From Podarcis muralis (lineage: Eukaryota), in assembly GCF_964188315.1 (NCBI RefSeq), contig NC_135668.1, forward strand, positions 41,664,001-41,728,000: DNA of 64,000 bases, in the 5' to 3' direction. The translations under genes and the position numbers were made by a program. The notes under the pieces are model-generated. The model ran no database searches and was not told the DNA's origin. It saw only the letters and a program-made list of their open reading frames with translations. Of this stretch, positions 33,674 through 47,480 are shown piece by piece. Positions within the stretch are counted from its first letter, which is position 1; every line of letters starts with the position of its first letter.

Positions 33674-36600
33674 AATCACCTGTCAGTAACTCCCAATGTC
33701 ATTTGAACCAGCACCTTCTTGCATATCTGGGCTACCAAGTGGGGCTCAGGCCTTACGCTGAAGGGCCAGATTTTACCCAGCAACGTCCAGTTGTGGATTC
33801 CTATTCTAAACTCTATTCCTGTGGTCCCCAGACATCTTTCCCCAGACTTAAAATTTCTGGCAGCCTCAATGTGGTCATTGTAATGCACTGCGCTAGATGC
33901 CATATGCTTTTTAATTGCATTTTTCTTTTCTTTCTTCTGTTGTATTTTATTGTATTGCACAGAATTCAAACTGTAATACAATTAACATGCAGAGGGCCGC
34001 AAGCTCCACCCCCCTCTGTACCTGACTGAAGAGAAACAAGTAAGGAATTTGCACAAGAGCAAAAATGGTTGGTCTGCATCTCCTCCCTTTACAAGTCCGG
34101 TGCAGGATGGAAACTATTAAAACTGTTGTTACAGATACACTTAGGCGACAGTCAGCATTAAAAAGACCAGGTACCTTTTTAATGTAAAAGACGACAAAAT
34201 ATTTTACTGCTGCGATGGCAGGGAGAAGAGGACAATAGAAAGTCCCAATCCAACAGATAGTTTGCCCGTAAACAATTTCCAGCACGTTGTCAGGGATGGC
34301 AAACTCCTGCAGACCACACCACCGGAAGGCCTTATATGAGCAATAGGTAACCATCAACCTAAGAACAGTAATAAAAAAAAACCTACTTTACAGTCCAGCA
34401 ATAAAACTAAATGAACCTTTTCATCATTTATAGAAATATAATATCAGAAACATAAGTGCATTTGTAGCTAGCCAGGTAGTGCATGGTGCAGAAATGTGGG
34501 GTCGGGCAAATGTTGCCAGATCAGAAACAAATAAAAAAATATTTCCGAGGTTGCTCTTGAACCTAGCCCGTGGCACCCTTATTGCCATGATGAGATTTGA
34601 GACTGTCCCCCCCCCCCAAATATTGTCCCAAGTTCATACACACTTAGCATGAACGTGCAAGTTCCAAGAGTGAAGCTCATGGTCCCAATATTCCTCCTAG
34701 GTTGTCCTGCTACTGCAGCATGATGAGCTAAGACAGGGTTTAGCACAGCATGTCAGCCAAACTCAGGCTCATGGTTTAGCTCCATACAAACTAACCCAGG
34801 TTTATCTATGGTTTGTGGCTCAGTTATCTGCTTAAATACCGCTTAATATTTTCAAAAATCTCTACTCTTGTACTTCATCTTTTAATAAAGGATTTACAAG
34901 GGGAAGCTTAAGTATTTTGGACCAAGTTAGGCAGAACAGGAAACCATGGTTTCTCTACAAATGAGATGCAGTACAGTGGTGCCTCGCAAGACGAAATTAC
35001 CGTATTTTTCGCTATATAACACGCACCTGACCATAACACGCACATCGTTTTTAGAGGAGGAAAACAAGGGAAAAAATTCTGAATGAAACAGTGGATGTAT
35101 CATTTTTGTGCTTCATGCTGTGGCCACAGACATGTGATCTGATGGTGAATTTGGGGTAGCTCAATGCAAAGATCCTGAGGATCCATGTGGATCCATGCTT
35201 TTTAACCACATTTTTGCACCATTGCAGCCCCAGGCAACAGTGGGTGTGTGATTTTTGGGGGGCAGGCTGCTATGTGATCTGATGGTGAATTTGGGGTGGC
35301 CCAATGCAAAGATCCTGAGGATCCATGTGGATCCATGCTTTGTAACTACATTTTAAGTGGGGAGTGAAGGAAAAACACAGAAGGAACAAGAGAGCGGTGT
35401 GCAGAGAAGCAGCTGGCTAAGAAAGCAGGAGAGGGATTTTACGGGAGGGAAGAAAGAAAGGCAAAAGTTTCCACAAACCGAAGCCAGCTTTCTCTCTCCT
35501 CCTGCATGTTTTCTGGCTGCCTGCGAGGAGCACGGAGAGGAATTAGAAGGAAAGACCTCTGCTTTCCCCTCTGCTTGCCTGGAGGGGAGGGGATTTGCCT
35601 GCTCTTTGTTCCGTTTGAGCAAACACAGCAACGAAACAGAGGCGGGTGGGCAGTAAGACCCTGAGGCAGAATGCAGGAAAGCAACTACTTCCTCTTTTCA
35701 GGTTTCCCTCTCGGACACAACGCACGATTGATTTTTGCTGATTTTTGTTCCTGCGCTCCCCTAATCGGCTCCAGGGACCCCCCCCCCCACATTCGCTCCA
35801 TAACACGCACAGACATTTCCCCTTCCTTTTTAGGAGAAAAAATCTGCGTGTAATAGAGAGAAAAATACGGTAATTCGTTCCGCAGGTTTTTTCTTCTTGC
35901 GAGTTTTTCGTCTTGCGAAGCACGGTTTCCCATAGGAATGCATTAGTACAGGGCCTTCAGACCAGGAATGCATTAGTACAGGGCCTTCAGACCAGGTCCG
36001 GGGATAGTCTGTCCCCCGACCTCTTCTGAAGGCTTGGGGGGGGGGGGGGACAAGGGCTTTTCTTCCCACCGCCAGCCTTCAGAAGGCTGTTCTGAAGGCT
36101 GGCGGTGGGAAGAAAAGCCCTTCTCCCCACCTCCCGCCCCGGGGACAGGAGGGCTTTGCTGCCGACCGCCAGCATTTTAAAAGCCCCCGGGACAGCGGAG
36201 ACTTCTCCGCTGTCCCGGGGCAATTTTAAAATGCTGGTGGGCGGCAGCGAAGCCTCCGCTGTCCCGGGGCGATTTTAAAATGCTGGCGGGTGGCAGCGAA
36301 GCCTCCGCTGTCCCGGGGCGATTTTAAAATGCTGGCGGGCGGCAGCGAAGGCTTCGCTACAGCCTGCCAGAATTTAAGATCGCCCCGGGACAGTGGAGAA
36401 GTCTCCGCTGTCCCAGGAAGGCAGGCGGGGGGGAGCAAAGACTTTTGCCCCCCGCCGGCCTTCAGAAGAGGTCCAGGACCTCTTCTGTCTTTGCTCCCGA
36501 CCGCCAGCATTTTAAAAGAGGTCCCCGGAGATTTCCCTATGGGCTTGCTTCTTGCGAAGCAAGCCCATAGGGAAATTCGTCTTGCAGAACGAATCAAAAA

Positions 36601-39600
36601 CGGAAAACTCTTTCGTCTTGCGAGTTTTTCGTTTTGCGAGGCGTTCGTCTTGCGAGGCACCACTGTAAAGCCTTGGGAGCCTATGGTTCCCAGACCCCTC
36701 CCCTTCTTTCATGCCTGCCAGGAGATTAGAGGCATCCACTAACTGCAGTTCCCTGTGATGTTCAAACTCAAGCAACCATGGTTTGCTTAAAGTAGCAATG
36801 GTTTCAGTACAAGCCAGGACCTAAAGCAACCGTTACGATTCTGGCTTTTCTTGCTAGCACAGCATTTCTCACAAACTACAGATACCCAAGTTTAGACATT
36901 AGAGGAAACAGCATTTTTTTAAAAAAACAAAACTGAAAGTGGTTACTTTTGGCCTTAAATTGTGTTTCAACTGTAAAGAAAGGAAATGCCTTGCCACTGA
37001 AGTTCATACTCACTTTCTTGGAAAGTCAATAAAGACTGTAATAGCAAATATTATGATAAAGTCAAAGATCATCAGCTTATACATTTCCTGGCCAACTCGA
37101 GATTCCCAGCACTGAAAGGAAAGGAAAAGGGTTTATCAAAATAAATTCAGCTGATTATTATGTTTTAAGATTATCATAAAACACCACTGCACTGTCATCT
37201 CAGTAAAACAAAATTCACAAAGCTACTGGAAAAGCTTTTCACTCTGGTGAGCAGTTTCTGCCAGGGTTCCTTTGCTTCCAAGCGGGGTCAATGGAGAGGG
37301 AGACCTTGTTTCACACGTCTCATTTTAGTTCACATGTATATCTACTTACAGGGTAGAGCTGATAGTTGTATCCACAGGCCATGCATTTTGCATTAGTACA
37401 GGACCTGATCCGAGTCCACAGTGAGAACAAGAGAACACCAATGTTGGCCAGCCTCACAAAGACACACCTTCAAAACAAAATGGAAGGAACACGCCAATGA
37501 ATTGTCCAAGTTTTATACTATGGGGATTTTGCAATACCAGGGGCTTGATTACAGAAAAGCAAGATATCCATGAGATAGTTAAAATACGCAGCTTTAGGCA
37601 TTCTAATGCAAAAGGTCAAGGAGAGGAAGCCAACTGGCTAAGGTGATTCTGCACAGAAAGCTTAGGGAAGGGATCCCTCCCTCCCATTTCATCAGTTTCA
37701 ATCCATGATGGAATTTCATAGAATCTCCCCTCCCTTGATCCCCTCTCTTCCTTTCCCAACAGCCAATCCATGGTTTTAAAGCTGCTGCCATGATCTCTTA
37801 GAAGTGAGGAGTCAACATGCCAAAGTATTCCGCTCTCTCACTTGACCAGAGCAGCAGAGGTAACACTATTATTTCTATTCCTGCAAGTTGTCATCAGGGT
37901 GTGGCATGATGTTTGGTCACCCAACTCAATTTTGGAAGCATCTATGAACCTAGAAGCCCAAAGAGTGACCATTTGGCAACACACAATTAGAGAAGCCCAA
38001 CCAGCCACAAGGCGCTACCAGACCTAAGAACACCAGAATAGGTGGCGGCAGGTGCACAGAGTTGGAAAAAGGTTCTATTTCGATATTGTGTTACGGAATC
38101 GAGCAGCGCGGGTGCTTACCTCATCAGCGTTAACCGGATTTCAAAGGCTGGCGAGTAGTCTTCAAATTTGATGAGAACTGAAAAAATTAATGGGGCAATA
38201 AAGTTGGCCATCGTAATCACCATGGAAGGTAAGTACTGTACTATGAGGTTATCATCAAATCTTGGTTTGTGGTCCTGCACAGGGAGAAAGAAAGCAAAAG
38301 GAAAGGGAGGAGTTGTTTTCTCTGGTTGGCTGCAGAACTCATAAAATGGGCCAATGGCCCATCTAGTCCAGCATCCTGTTCTCACCCCCACTGTGTCCAA
38401 GCAGATGCCCGTGGGAAACCGGCAAGCGGAACCTAAGCACAAGAGCCCTCTCTCCTCCTGGGGCTTCCAGCAGCTGGTATTCAGAAGTATTACTGTCTCA
38501 AAACATGCAGGCAGAGTACAGAAACTTTCAACTTGAACTGAATCGCTCGTCAAGACCTGTTGCCTGCTGACCTGATACAGTAGCAACTACAGCTTCTTTC
38601 CCAGCAGATGGAAATACACTTGGTCCCCGATTCTTTAGTTTTGTCAGCTATTTCCTCTGCTGTGTACTTCTCTCTAGCGGATAGAATCCCCGTATCTGCA
38701 CACAAGACAGCAGCTGCAAAACTCCCTTAAATGTACTTTTAAGTTCCCCAAAGTGTCTGCCTCTTGCTTGTGTGGGAAGGTGCACAATTCCTAAGCTCAT
38801 CAGCCTCCCTTTCTGGCATCTTCGTTCCTCTCCATGGCTGCTCTACTGCTAATAACAGCTTGTCAGAGTTTAAACTGGACATTCTTATAAATTACCCAGT
38901 GGGGCACCATATTTGTAGCGAAATTACAACTCCTTGGAAATGGCGACAGTTATTCCCATTGCTTGCCCTGCCTGGAGAGATTTGTTTATAAAAATGTGCC
39001 ATGCCACTTACATTGGAAATGTTTTCTTGTGAGTAGACTGTTGCTCTATAGATAGAATAAAAGCAAGCTGACAAAACAGCTAGGACAATGCAGTTTAGGA
39101 ATATTCTCAAGCAATAGATGCGTATTTTCTCTCTGGTGGTCCTTTCTGCGACCTTCTGCCTTAGTCTCTCTTCCTCCAAGTCAGTCTGTAAACAGAAATT
39201 CATTCACCAATGATATTTTTTAAAACTAAACCCCAACTTTTGTCAAATGATCCCTAAGGAGGCTAACAACAGATTAACAACATTCTTTATTATTCTTATG
39301 ACTAAACATATTACCTACCCTTCATGAGCAAAGTTCCAGGGCAGCTTACAACAATTTTAAATTCAGAATTAAAAACAGCATTTAACTCTTCTGTTGGTGG
39401 TGAAGCAGCCAAATGTGATGCCGGAGACATTCTGCTGAAGCCTCTCATCCACCTCTGCTATATTGCTATTTATTCTAAACCCACTGTCCTGGGAGTAAGC
39501 CCCACTGAACACGGAAGGCTCAGACAGGCTTACACAGTAAGAGTAGTTTTTACATTTTTCTTACATGTTGTTTATGCTATGATTCACTCACTGCTATTTA

Positions 39601-42600
39601 TTTAGATTTCTCTCTCACTTTAATTGAGGTATTATGTGTATTATGACACACAGCCCAGTTTTACATAGAGCATATAATTATAGAATTGTAGGTAGGGACT
39701 ATGAGAGTCATTTAGTCCAACTCCCTTCAATGGTGCACATGGATGGTGTGCTTTTTTTTGGGGGGGGGGGGGATACACACAAGCCCCCTGCAAGAAAAAT
39801 TTGCAATATCGAGTTCTGCTGCTCAAGATTCTGGCCACTCCATTTCATTTGTTCCATCCACACCTGGTTTCCCACCCACACCTCCACAGGTCAGACAGCA
39901 TTCCATGGTCACTGAGCATTCTCCAGTGGTCTGTTTTGCCCCCTACCCTCCCTAAAAGTATTTCCCCCTTTTTTTTGCAATTCTGCAAACCTTGGGAGTT
40001 CCCCAGACCTGCTGCTGCCTCCCTCTGGTGTTTAGGTAGTACTGTTTGGAGTACATTTGCAATGGCAAGTCACAGCCTGAACATTATAAAGAGACGGAAT
40101 GGTACACTCACTTTAAGCTCATAATGCAAGCTGCTATGCTTGAGCCGTGCAGCATTTACATCCGTAATACAGAAATCCCAGCCAGCAAATATTTTGTTGC
40201 AGTAACTCTGAAACTGATCGTCGTTGCGTACCAAGCTTTGTTTGAATCCATCGACAGATCTGGAGAAAGCATCCCCGAAAAATGAAATGCTTGATTAGCA
40301 ACTTAAAGATTTTCCCATTTGTACAAGTACATGGAAGAGTATACTCATTCACATCCAGATCCTACCCATGGACACTCAGAATTAAATGCTGCTTAATTCA
40401 TTTGAATTTCCTCCAAAGTAACTCTGCATAGGATTAGACCATTAGGGGATGAAACAGACAAAAAGCATTTCATGGTTTTCCTGTTGCTCTACTGTATAGC
40501 TTCAGCTGAAAACAAAATATTTCTAAATGTCTGACTATCTACCTATCTATAAACACTCCCTAGAATTATTATCAATTTGATTTATTCCCCGCCCTTCACC
40601 CCAAGGTTCCAGGGTGGGTCACAACAATTAAAAATACAACACTGAAAACAGTTTTAATGAATTACGATAGGAAGAATAGGGTGGGTCCAAATATACCCCA
40701 AGTGTAAAGATGTGCATCTTGAGAATGTCAGGGAGAAAGCAGGTATGCAGGGTTTTTTTAAGCTGGGGAGCACTGAAATATTTGGCACCCACCCCCCAGC
40801 AGTCTCTAGTGATACAATCCAGCACCAGTTTATACAAAAGGATTTACTGATCACGAGGCAAAGCTCTTACTTGCCACGAAGTAAGCCATGATTGCAATCA
40901 GGGCCAGCCCCTGAGAGTACCCACAAAATGTTTTTCCCCCTTACCACGAGAGAAGGGGGTGAGTGAAGATCCACATCAGGAGCTGCCCCTGTGGATCCTG
41001 ATCCCTGAGGCAGTCACCTCATTTTGTCTCAAGGGTGGGCTGACCCTGAGTGCAACTCTACACATTCTCACTAGGAAGCAAGTCCCGTTGAACTCAAGCA
41101 GAAGAGACCTTTGCAAACCTACAAAAGGCACTACTAGACAACACAGGGAAGCTCCTTGCCTGTTTTATTACCCGCATCATTTTCAGCCCAGTTTATCAAG
41201 TAAGAGAGTCTCTGGGGTGGGAGTGAAGGGAATTCCTGACCTATCAGATGGCACTTCCTCCTGGGGCCTTTAGCACTGCTGCTTCTCCAGAAGGAAGGGC
41301 TGCCCACCTTCCTGACCAGACTGGCAGAGCAAGGACCTCCTCAAATCCCTCTAAGGTTTTTTTTTTTAAAGGAATTGTGCCTGCGGCATAAATAAAGGAT
41401 AACTAAATAAAGGATAACTAAAGTAAGTTGAACATTAACCATAGTGACAGGAGAAAAGATCATGAAGAAATAAGAGAAATGCCGGTGAAAGACCCAAATG
41501 GGCCATCACAGTGCACACTTCAAGCTAACTTTACCTTTTCACGATCCAGAGAAAGCTTAATGAAAGGTAACCCAGCGTGGTCAGCAAATAGGCAAGCGGC
41601 ACATGGTATTTCAGGAAGCCAAAATAGATGGTATCTACTGTGTAATAGCCATAAAAGAGACTAGTCATTTCCAGAAAGCCCTGCAAGAATTTAGCACAGA
41701 AGAAAGTTACTACATAGAAGCACACAACGGTTTACAGACATGCTCTGGAGTCTTTGCCAAGTGCCAAAAGCAACTATTTTTGAAAACAAATGGTGTTGCA
41801 CCCCCGATAAAGCTCTTTACCTATAAGGAAAAGCCTTCAACTGCGTAAATCAAGATAAACTGGAAGAGCCCCAAAGGGTGGTATCCAATGAAGTAGCTCA
41901 ATTGGCACAAGCATTTCCATTTGAACAACAGAACTTCCCCTTCCTCTCCTCAAACTCCCCATATGCCCTCCTTGGAGGGCTGGGGAGATCCCCAGCACAG
42001 ATTTAAGAGGAACATGGGGGGAGGGAGGCCAAGTAGAGGGAGGGAGAAGTTCCATTGCACAGTCCGAGGTCCTTGCATTAAGGAAACTACTTCATTAGAT
42101 GCCATCCTATGTAGTACAGCTGTCCTGTAAAGGGAAGAGAGGCAGGAACCATATACACTGCCCTAAGGTTTCTGGAGGAAAACTCTTCCAGGGGAGTAAT
42201 TTTTTTTTAATGTAACAATTAAATAAAACAACTTTACAATGCTACAGCTAGAAGGACAAAAAACTTAACATTAAAGCAGGGGGTCTCAGGATGTTCTGCA
42301 TTCAGTACTGTATGTCACATGCACACTATGGACGCATTCGGAAAAACAAGTATCTACTTAATAAACCAATACATGCACAGGCTTCAGGCACCTGGAAGCG
42401 GTGGCTCTGCACGAGTGAGCGAGAAAGTGGCAAGGCTGCACTGAATGGGATAAATCTTTACCTGTCAAAGTAAGGGAACTATGTTTAATGGGTTCTAAGG
42501 AAGCCAAAATATAAGGCGACGGATCAAAGCTGGTTTAACAGGAAGCAATGGGCCAGTGCTTGCATGACACTGTAAAGCTACATACACACCATACACTTAA

Positions 42601-45600
42601 AGCACATTTCCCCCCCAGCCCCCCAAAGAATCCTGAGAATGGCAGTTTACACCTTGCCGAGCTAAAATTCCCAGCACCCTTAACAAAACTACAGTTCCCA
42701 GGATTCATTGAGGGGGCGAATTGACTTTAACTGCACAGCGCGTACACAACCTGAGAGTCTCTACTCTGAAGAGCTTAGATTTAGAGATTTACCCTGCCCA
42801 ATGCAGCCTTACCATTTTGCCCAGAAGGTGGAGGGAGGGGGCTTTCTACCTCCTAATGAAACCCTCTGCTTTTTTTAAAAAAAAAACTGCTTCTTTGGAT
42901 TTAGCAATATATGTCCAAATACTTACTGTGCCAGTCAGCAGATCTATAACGTAACTGTAGAAGTAAATAAGTCCCTTGGTACCACTGACAACATAAACTG
43001 TACAGTGGTGCTCTGTAGATAAGAGATCAAAAGAAAATAAATGGAACAGGAGGAGTGAAAACAGCCAAATGCTCATCTGCTATGTCTGTACTTGCGAACA
43101 GAAAACAGGTTAGTAGGAAGAGTGTATTACCTATGCTCTTCAGGGGAAGTTGAACGTAGCTGCCATTGACCGTTCCATGTTTGTAAAAGGCACTAGGAAG
43201 GGTGATAAAGGTGAACACAAGGAGAAAGATCACAACGTTCAGGATCACGAGGAATCGTAGAAAGGAAAAGTAAGACTGGATCCCAGTGCCAAACTTCCCT
43301 ATGAAAAGAAAGATTTAATTTATGAATGAACACATTTACTGTTACTGTAAAACTGTGCGCGCGGGATGCAGCCACCTTGCTGAAGGAAAAGGTCTGGGCC
43401 TGGTCGGAAGACCCCCAAGTACCCTGCCTCAAGTTCCATAGTGGAAGAAAGGTGGGCCCTTTGAATGGTCTGTTTGCACATAATACTAAGCCAAACCAAG
43501 CCAATCCATTGTACATGGCTTAGTGTGAATGTACTGCCTCCCAAGGAGCAGATTATAACCACTTGGTTCCTTCACAGGCTTTTTAGCTCAGCACAGCACC
43601 TAAGGTTTGGCTTATGATATTGTCCAAACCTGGAATTGTGGTCAAGATCTTTGCTCCTTAACGACAAACTTTGGTGACAGATCATGGTTAATCAGGAGAA
43701 ACTTTAAACACAATCCCAGGTTTGGACAACACTCTAAACCTCTTCAGTGGTAGCCCGCTCAGCTGTGGAACGCTCTTCCAAAGTTGCCTTGTCTGTCACC
43801 ATCACTGGAATCTTTCCTTTGCCAGGCAAAGACACTTTTGTTTTCCCCAAGCATTTGCCCCCCTCACTGTTCCCTCCATCATGAGATTCTGAGGGTGGCT
43901 GGTTATCTTCCCTCCACCCACCACTTCAAAAGCACACAGAGATAAAGGAGGAAGTTGAAGCAATGACATTTACTCTCACATCTTCTTTTCAAGGCTCAGC
44001 TCATCACCTGAAGATCTGAACAGTTGCCTCATCCTGCAGTTGTGGGGTGGGTGACTTGTGACAGATTTGTCTGTCTGTGAACGTTTGGTGCATTCTTTTT
44101 AAAACTGGCTTATTTAAATGCATTGTACTTTTGGTGTTACTGTTTTAAGCCAAGTTAGTTACTGTAAAGGCAGAGAGCTGAAAAAGGAATCAGGAGAGAA
44201 CCTGTGTTGTATGTTCTGCAGAAGCTGCTGTTTCTGCGCTATCTTCAAAGGCAGCCTCAGTATATAACACATTGCAGTAATCTAACCTAGAGGTTTTTTT
44301 GTATTTTTATGTTTAATTTGTTTGTGGATTTTAGCTGTGTCTTATTTACAATTTCATTTGTGCAATTTCTTTGTGGAGAGTTTCTCAGTCAACCAGTTTA
44401 TAAATCCACTGAATAACGGAACAAAAGATGTGAAAAAGACAATGAAAATAAAGAGCAAAATCAAGCAGCATACAAATTAATAAAGAACATACCCTCAATA
44501 CTGCGGATGTCATGTCCCCAAAGTTCAAAGTAAGATGACAGTTCTCTGGTATCCTCTACAATTTTTTTCCATGATTTGTTACTTATCTGTCTCCACTGAT
44601 GCCAACCTGACAGGTATCTTATGTTAGCCACCTGAATTTCCCTAGTAAGATAAAACGAATTAACATGACAAGATCATTGGGGGGTTCATTTTAGAACTGG
44701 TGAAAATGCAGGATTAATTTTTAAAAAAGATAACTGCACATGATGCAACCCAAAGCAATTTACAATATAAGATATAAAGTTAAAAGTCTCTTAGCTTACA
44801 ATTTCCATGCCTGTTGGACCATGAGTGAGAACTGCGAATGGCCATTGCCTATATCATAAACTGAAAGGGGGTTTATACTTTTGGAATTAATTTTTCATCT
44901 AAACACAAAGATTTGGATTCTTTTACTTCCGTCATCTTAACCTAGGTTCCCTGAACACGGACCAATGCTTAGGAGCGTGGTGGAGGCAAAATGACTTACT
45001 GCTATTTAGAAACAATTTTAGAAATTAATAAAATCCATTTCCCAGAAGCAATTTTTACCCAGAAATGGATCCCACTATCACAACTACTATACAGCTCAAA
45101 GAGTTTCTCTCTCTAACCTTAATCTTCTCTTCTCTGCGATAGTTAAGGCATATTCTCTCAGCGGCTGTGCAGAGCCTGGGCTTCCTGGTCCAACCCTTTC
45201 TAGGAGACTGCTGGTCTCGCCAGAAGCTGTCCGTGCTAAACTGCGGTAGTCCCGCAATCCTCCAGCTGAAGTTCTCCTCCTCAACATAGACTGGTAACTG
45301 GGTAGTTCTTGCAGAAAAGCAACAGTTGGTGCTGCATACTGTGAGTCAAGAAGGAAAACCTCTGCAAAAAGAAAAGGGGGGAAAGGTTAACAAATTAGCT
45401 CCCAAGCTCAGTTGGTTAAAGCATGGTGCTGATGCTGAGGTTTCAGGTTTGGTTTGGCTGGACAGCTGCATATGCCTGCATTGCAGGGGGTTGGACTAGA
45501 TGATCCACCATGGAGAGAGGGGGGTGGTGTTGGGAATGAAGTGTGCCATGTTCCCATGTATCCTTAACCATGACCTGTGATCATAGGAAAACCTTGGCTA

Positions 45601-46893
45601 CAGATTATTAAGGATAAGAGACTTTAACCATGATGCAGAGTTCAGATGACACAGGAAGGCTGCCATTGCACTGACCTGCTGCGTTGCACTGACCTGAAAA
45701 GCCGAGGGAGCAATCTCATTGGGGGCCAGCAAGTCCAGGTAAGCCATAGTTCACCATGTGAACATGGCTGTTGTTTTGGACTAATTTAGATATCACTAAA
45801 CTAATAAATTAGCAGCTATCCCATTATTAAATTAACATTAATATCACTCCTATTAATGCTACCAATACCATATATTATTGTTACTATTAATCATTAAATT
45901 TGTAAACAGCCCTATACCTACAGGACTCAATGACCAACCCAAGAATCCCCCTTCCCCAGCACATTTTAAAAGGGCATTGGTTATGTTTATTATTATGAAC
46001 TCTCTCTAAGCCTTAGCTATGGGCCCCAAAGGAGGCGGCTAAAAATGATCACATAATTAAATTAAACCATTTCACAAATCTGATGAAGTGGCACTTGTAG
46101 CCAATAGAGCTTTTACACTGTGACAAATAAACCAATGTTTCTCTAGTTAGTTTTTAGACGGTACCCACTCAGGCCTCTCCACGATGACGTGAAGGACAAA
46201 ACCCGCAGACACCCAACATTTTGTTGATTTTGAACCCCCTTTAAAAGCACAAATTCGCTCTAACCGGAAGCATTTTTTAAAAAAAAAAGCTTCCCGCAGA
46301 GTCGCAACGTGATCCCGGAGCAGGTTTACTCAGAAGCAACGCCCAGGTGACCTCAGCGGGCTGCATCACACTCGGAACTTAACTCAGCCGCGACCCGTTG
46401 AAAATTAAAGGGCCGAAATTTGTCGTGCCTATTCATCTTAAGCTTTTGAGCAAAGGCGAGCATTGGCTGCAACCCACAGCTAACTCCGGCCCATTCATAA
46501 AAATTAAAAAGGGCCTACCCTGAGCATGGTCAACAGGGGAACCCCGTGGGATTTATTTACTCCCCAAGAAAGCAAACTTTACGAGTTGCAACCTGCAAAA
46601 AGCGAGCTACGGGGACTCGGTGCACTTGAGAAGAAGCCGGAGCAAACGAGGAGCAGCCCCCATCTCTTCCCCGCCACCCCTTTCGCATCCACGGCGCCCC
46701 AAAGTGCCCACTCCCGTTGCCCACTCGTTTTACGCGGGAGTAAACAAAACAAACCCGCGCTGTTCAACGGAACTTTCTCCCAAATAAGACACCCAAGAGG
46801 CCGGCAACGCCGTCCCCGTCCCGCCCTCGACCCACCGTTGCTCCCCCAGCCGGGGCTGTCCCGCCTCGCGGCGCCCTGCAGCTGCTCGCCCAT
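29720..46893 (-). CDS. TMC7: Transmembrane channel-like protein 7 (717 aa). Exons: 46893-46836, 45361-45118, 44641-44493, 43298-43131, 43012-42927, 41680-41535, 40259-40112, 39185-39012, 38274-38120, 37467-37350, 37111-37014, 34358-34175, 33522-33392, 32346-32191, 31184-31106, 29779-29720
   Basis: 16 in-phase GT-AG exons (2154 nt). Motifs match recalled TMC7: [52 protein letters not shown] (TMC signature), [45 protein letters not shown]. Confidence 0.96.
29943..30262. mobile_element. hAT non-autonomous element (same family as 25531, opposite orientation), inserted into an older palindromic MITE
   Basis: 8-bp TSD CCATTGAT on both sides; the flanks join into a decayed CCAGATATTG...GATGGGAG-type MITE. 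Confidence 0.88.
32666..32923 (+). mobile_element. tRNA-derived SINE (Squam3-like) with (CTT)n tail
   Basis: A-box TGGTGTAGTGG, B-box-like GGTTCGCGTCTCC, CTT tail, flanking repeat CAGGGAGCCA. Family name from recall. Confidence 0.8.
33639..33670. repeat. (CA)16 microsatellite
   Basis: Read directly; in TMC7 intron 12. Confidence 0.95.
34974..36665. mobile_element. Tigger-like non-autonomous element carrying a nested insertion (35000-35870)
   Basis: TIRs CAGTGGTGCCTCGCAAGACGAA / TTCGTCTTGCGAGGCACCACTG with TA TSD. Internal 49-bp tandem repeats start at 36205, 36254 and 36303, with inverted copies. Confidence 0.88.
35000..35870. mobile_element. CCGTA-ended (Tc2/pogo-like) non-autonomous element, nested
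   Basis: Ends CCGTATTTTT / AAAAATACGG with TA duplication; removing it restores the outer element GACGAAAT-TA-ATTCGTTCC. Internal roughly 140-bp duplication. Confidence 0.85.
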
Positions 46894-47220
46894 GCTGGCC
46901 GTCGGGCGGCCTCTCGCCGTCGTCGCAAACAAAGCCTCCGCCGCCTTCCTCAAGAGAGGCGCCGCCGCCGCCGCGGCCAAGTCCTAACCGGGCTGTTTCC
47001 GGCCCTCTCCGGGGGAGCCAATGGAAGCGAGCTCGGCTGCTGACTGGGCCGGATATTATTGTTGTGAGGGAGGCCGGCGGGGAGCGGCCTCAGCGCCTCG
47101 TGGTGCAGCCGCCGCCCGAAACTCACGTTCGTTTGTTTCGAGTTGTTCACGTTTGAGGCTCGTCTCCCTTTTCCTTTTGAAAGTTTTAGGTATTAGTAGT
47201 CACCCCCAGAACTGGCGCCG
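46200..47220. promoter_or_regulatory. CpG island / TMC7 promoter and first exon
   Basis: GC/CpG-rich block around the TMC7 ATG (46893), with CCAAT at about 47019; boundaries approximate. Confidence 0.7.
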
Positions 47221-47480
47221 CTTTCCAAGATAATCATGACTCCATTAACATTATACTGTACAGAGCAATTATAATAACCCACCCGACTCTTCAGGAGCCT
47301 TATAGCCTCATATAGACATTGGAGACACCTGTCAGGAGTAAACATGGACCGATGGTGTCAAATTGTATGGGAAACGGCCTTACTAGTGTTAATCAGAATT
47401 CTGAGGTCTCCGATATAGAATAAATGTTCATGAATGTACAAGGCAGGCACATAAGTATATAAACCACATGGTCTGAAATA

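Noticed and set aside
36205-36351. Regular 49-bp repeats resembling a CRISPR array
   Set aside because: Head-to-tail repeats with no unique spacers, inside a eukaryotic MITE; no cas genes. ORFs at 36226-36742 are repeat artefacts.
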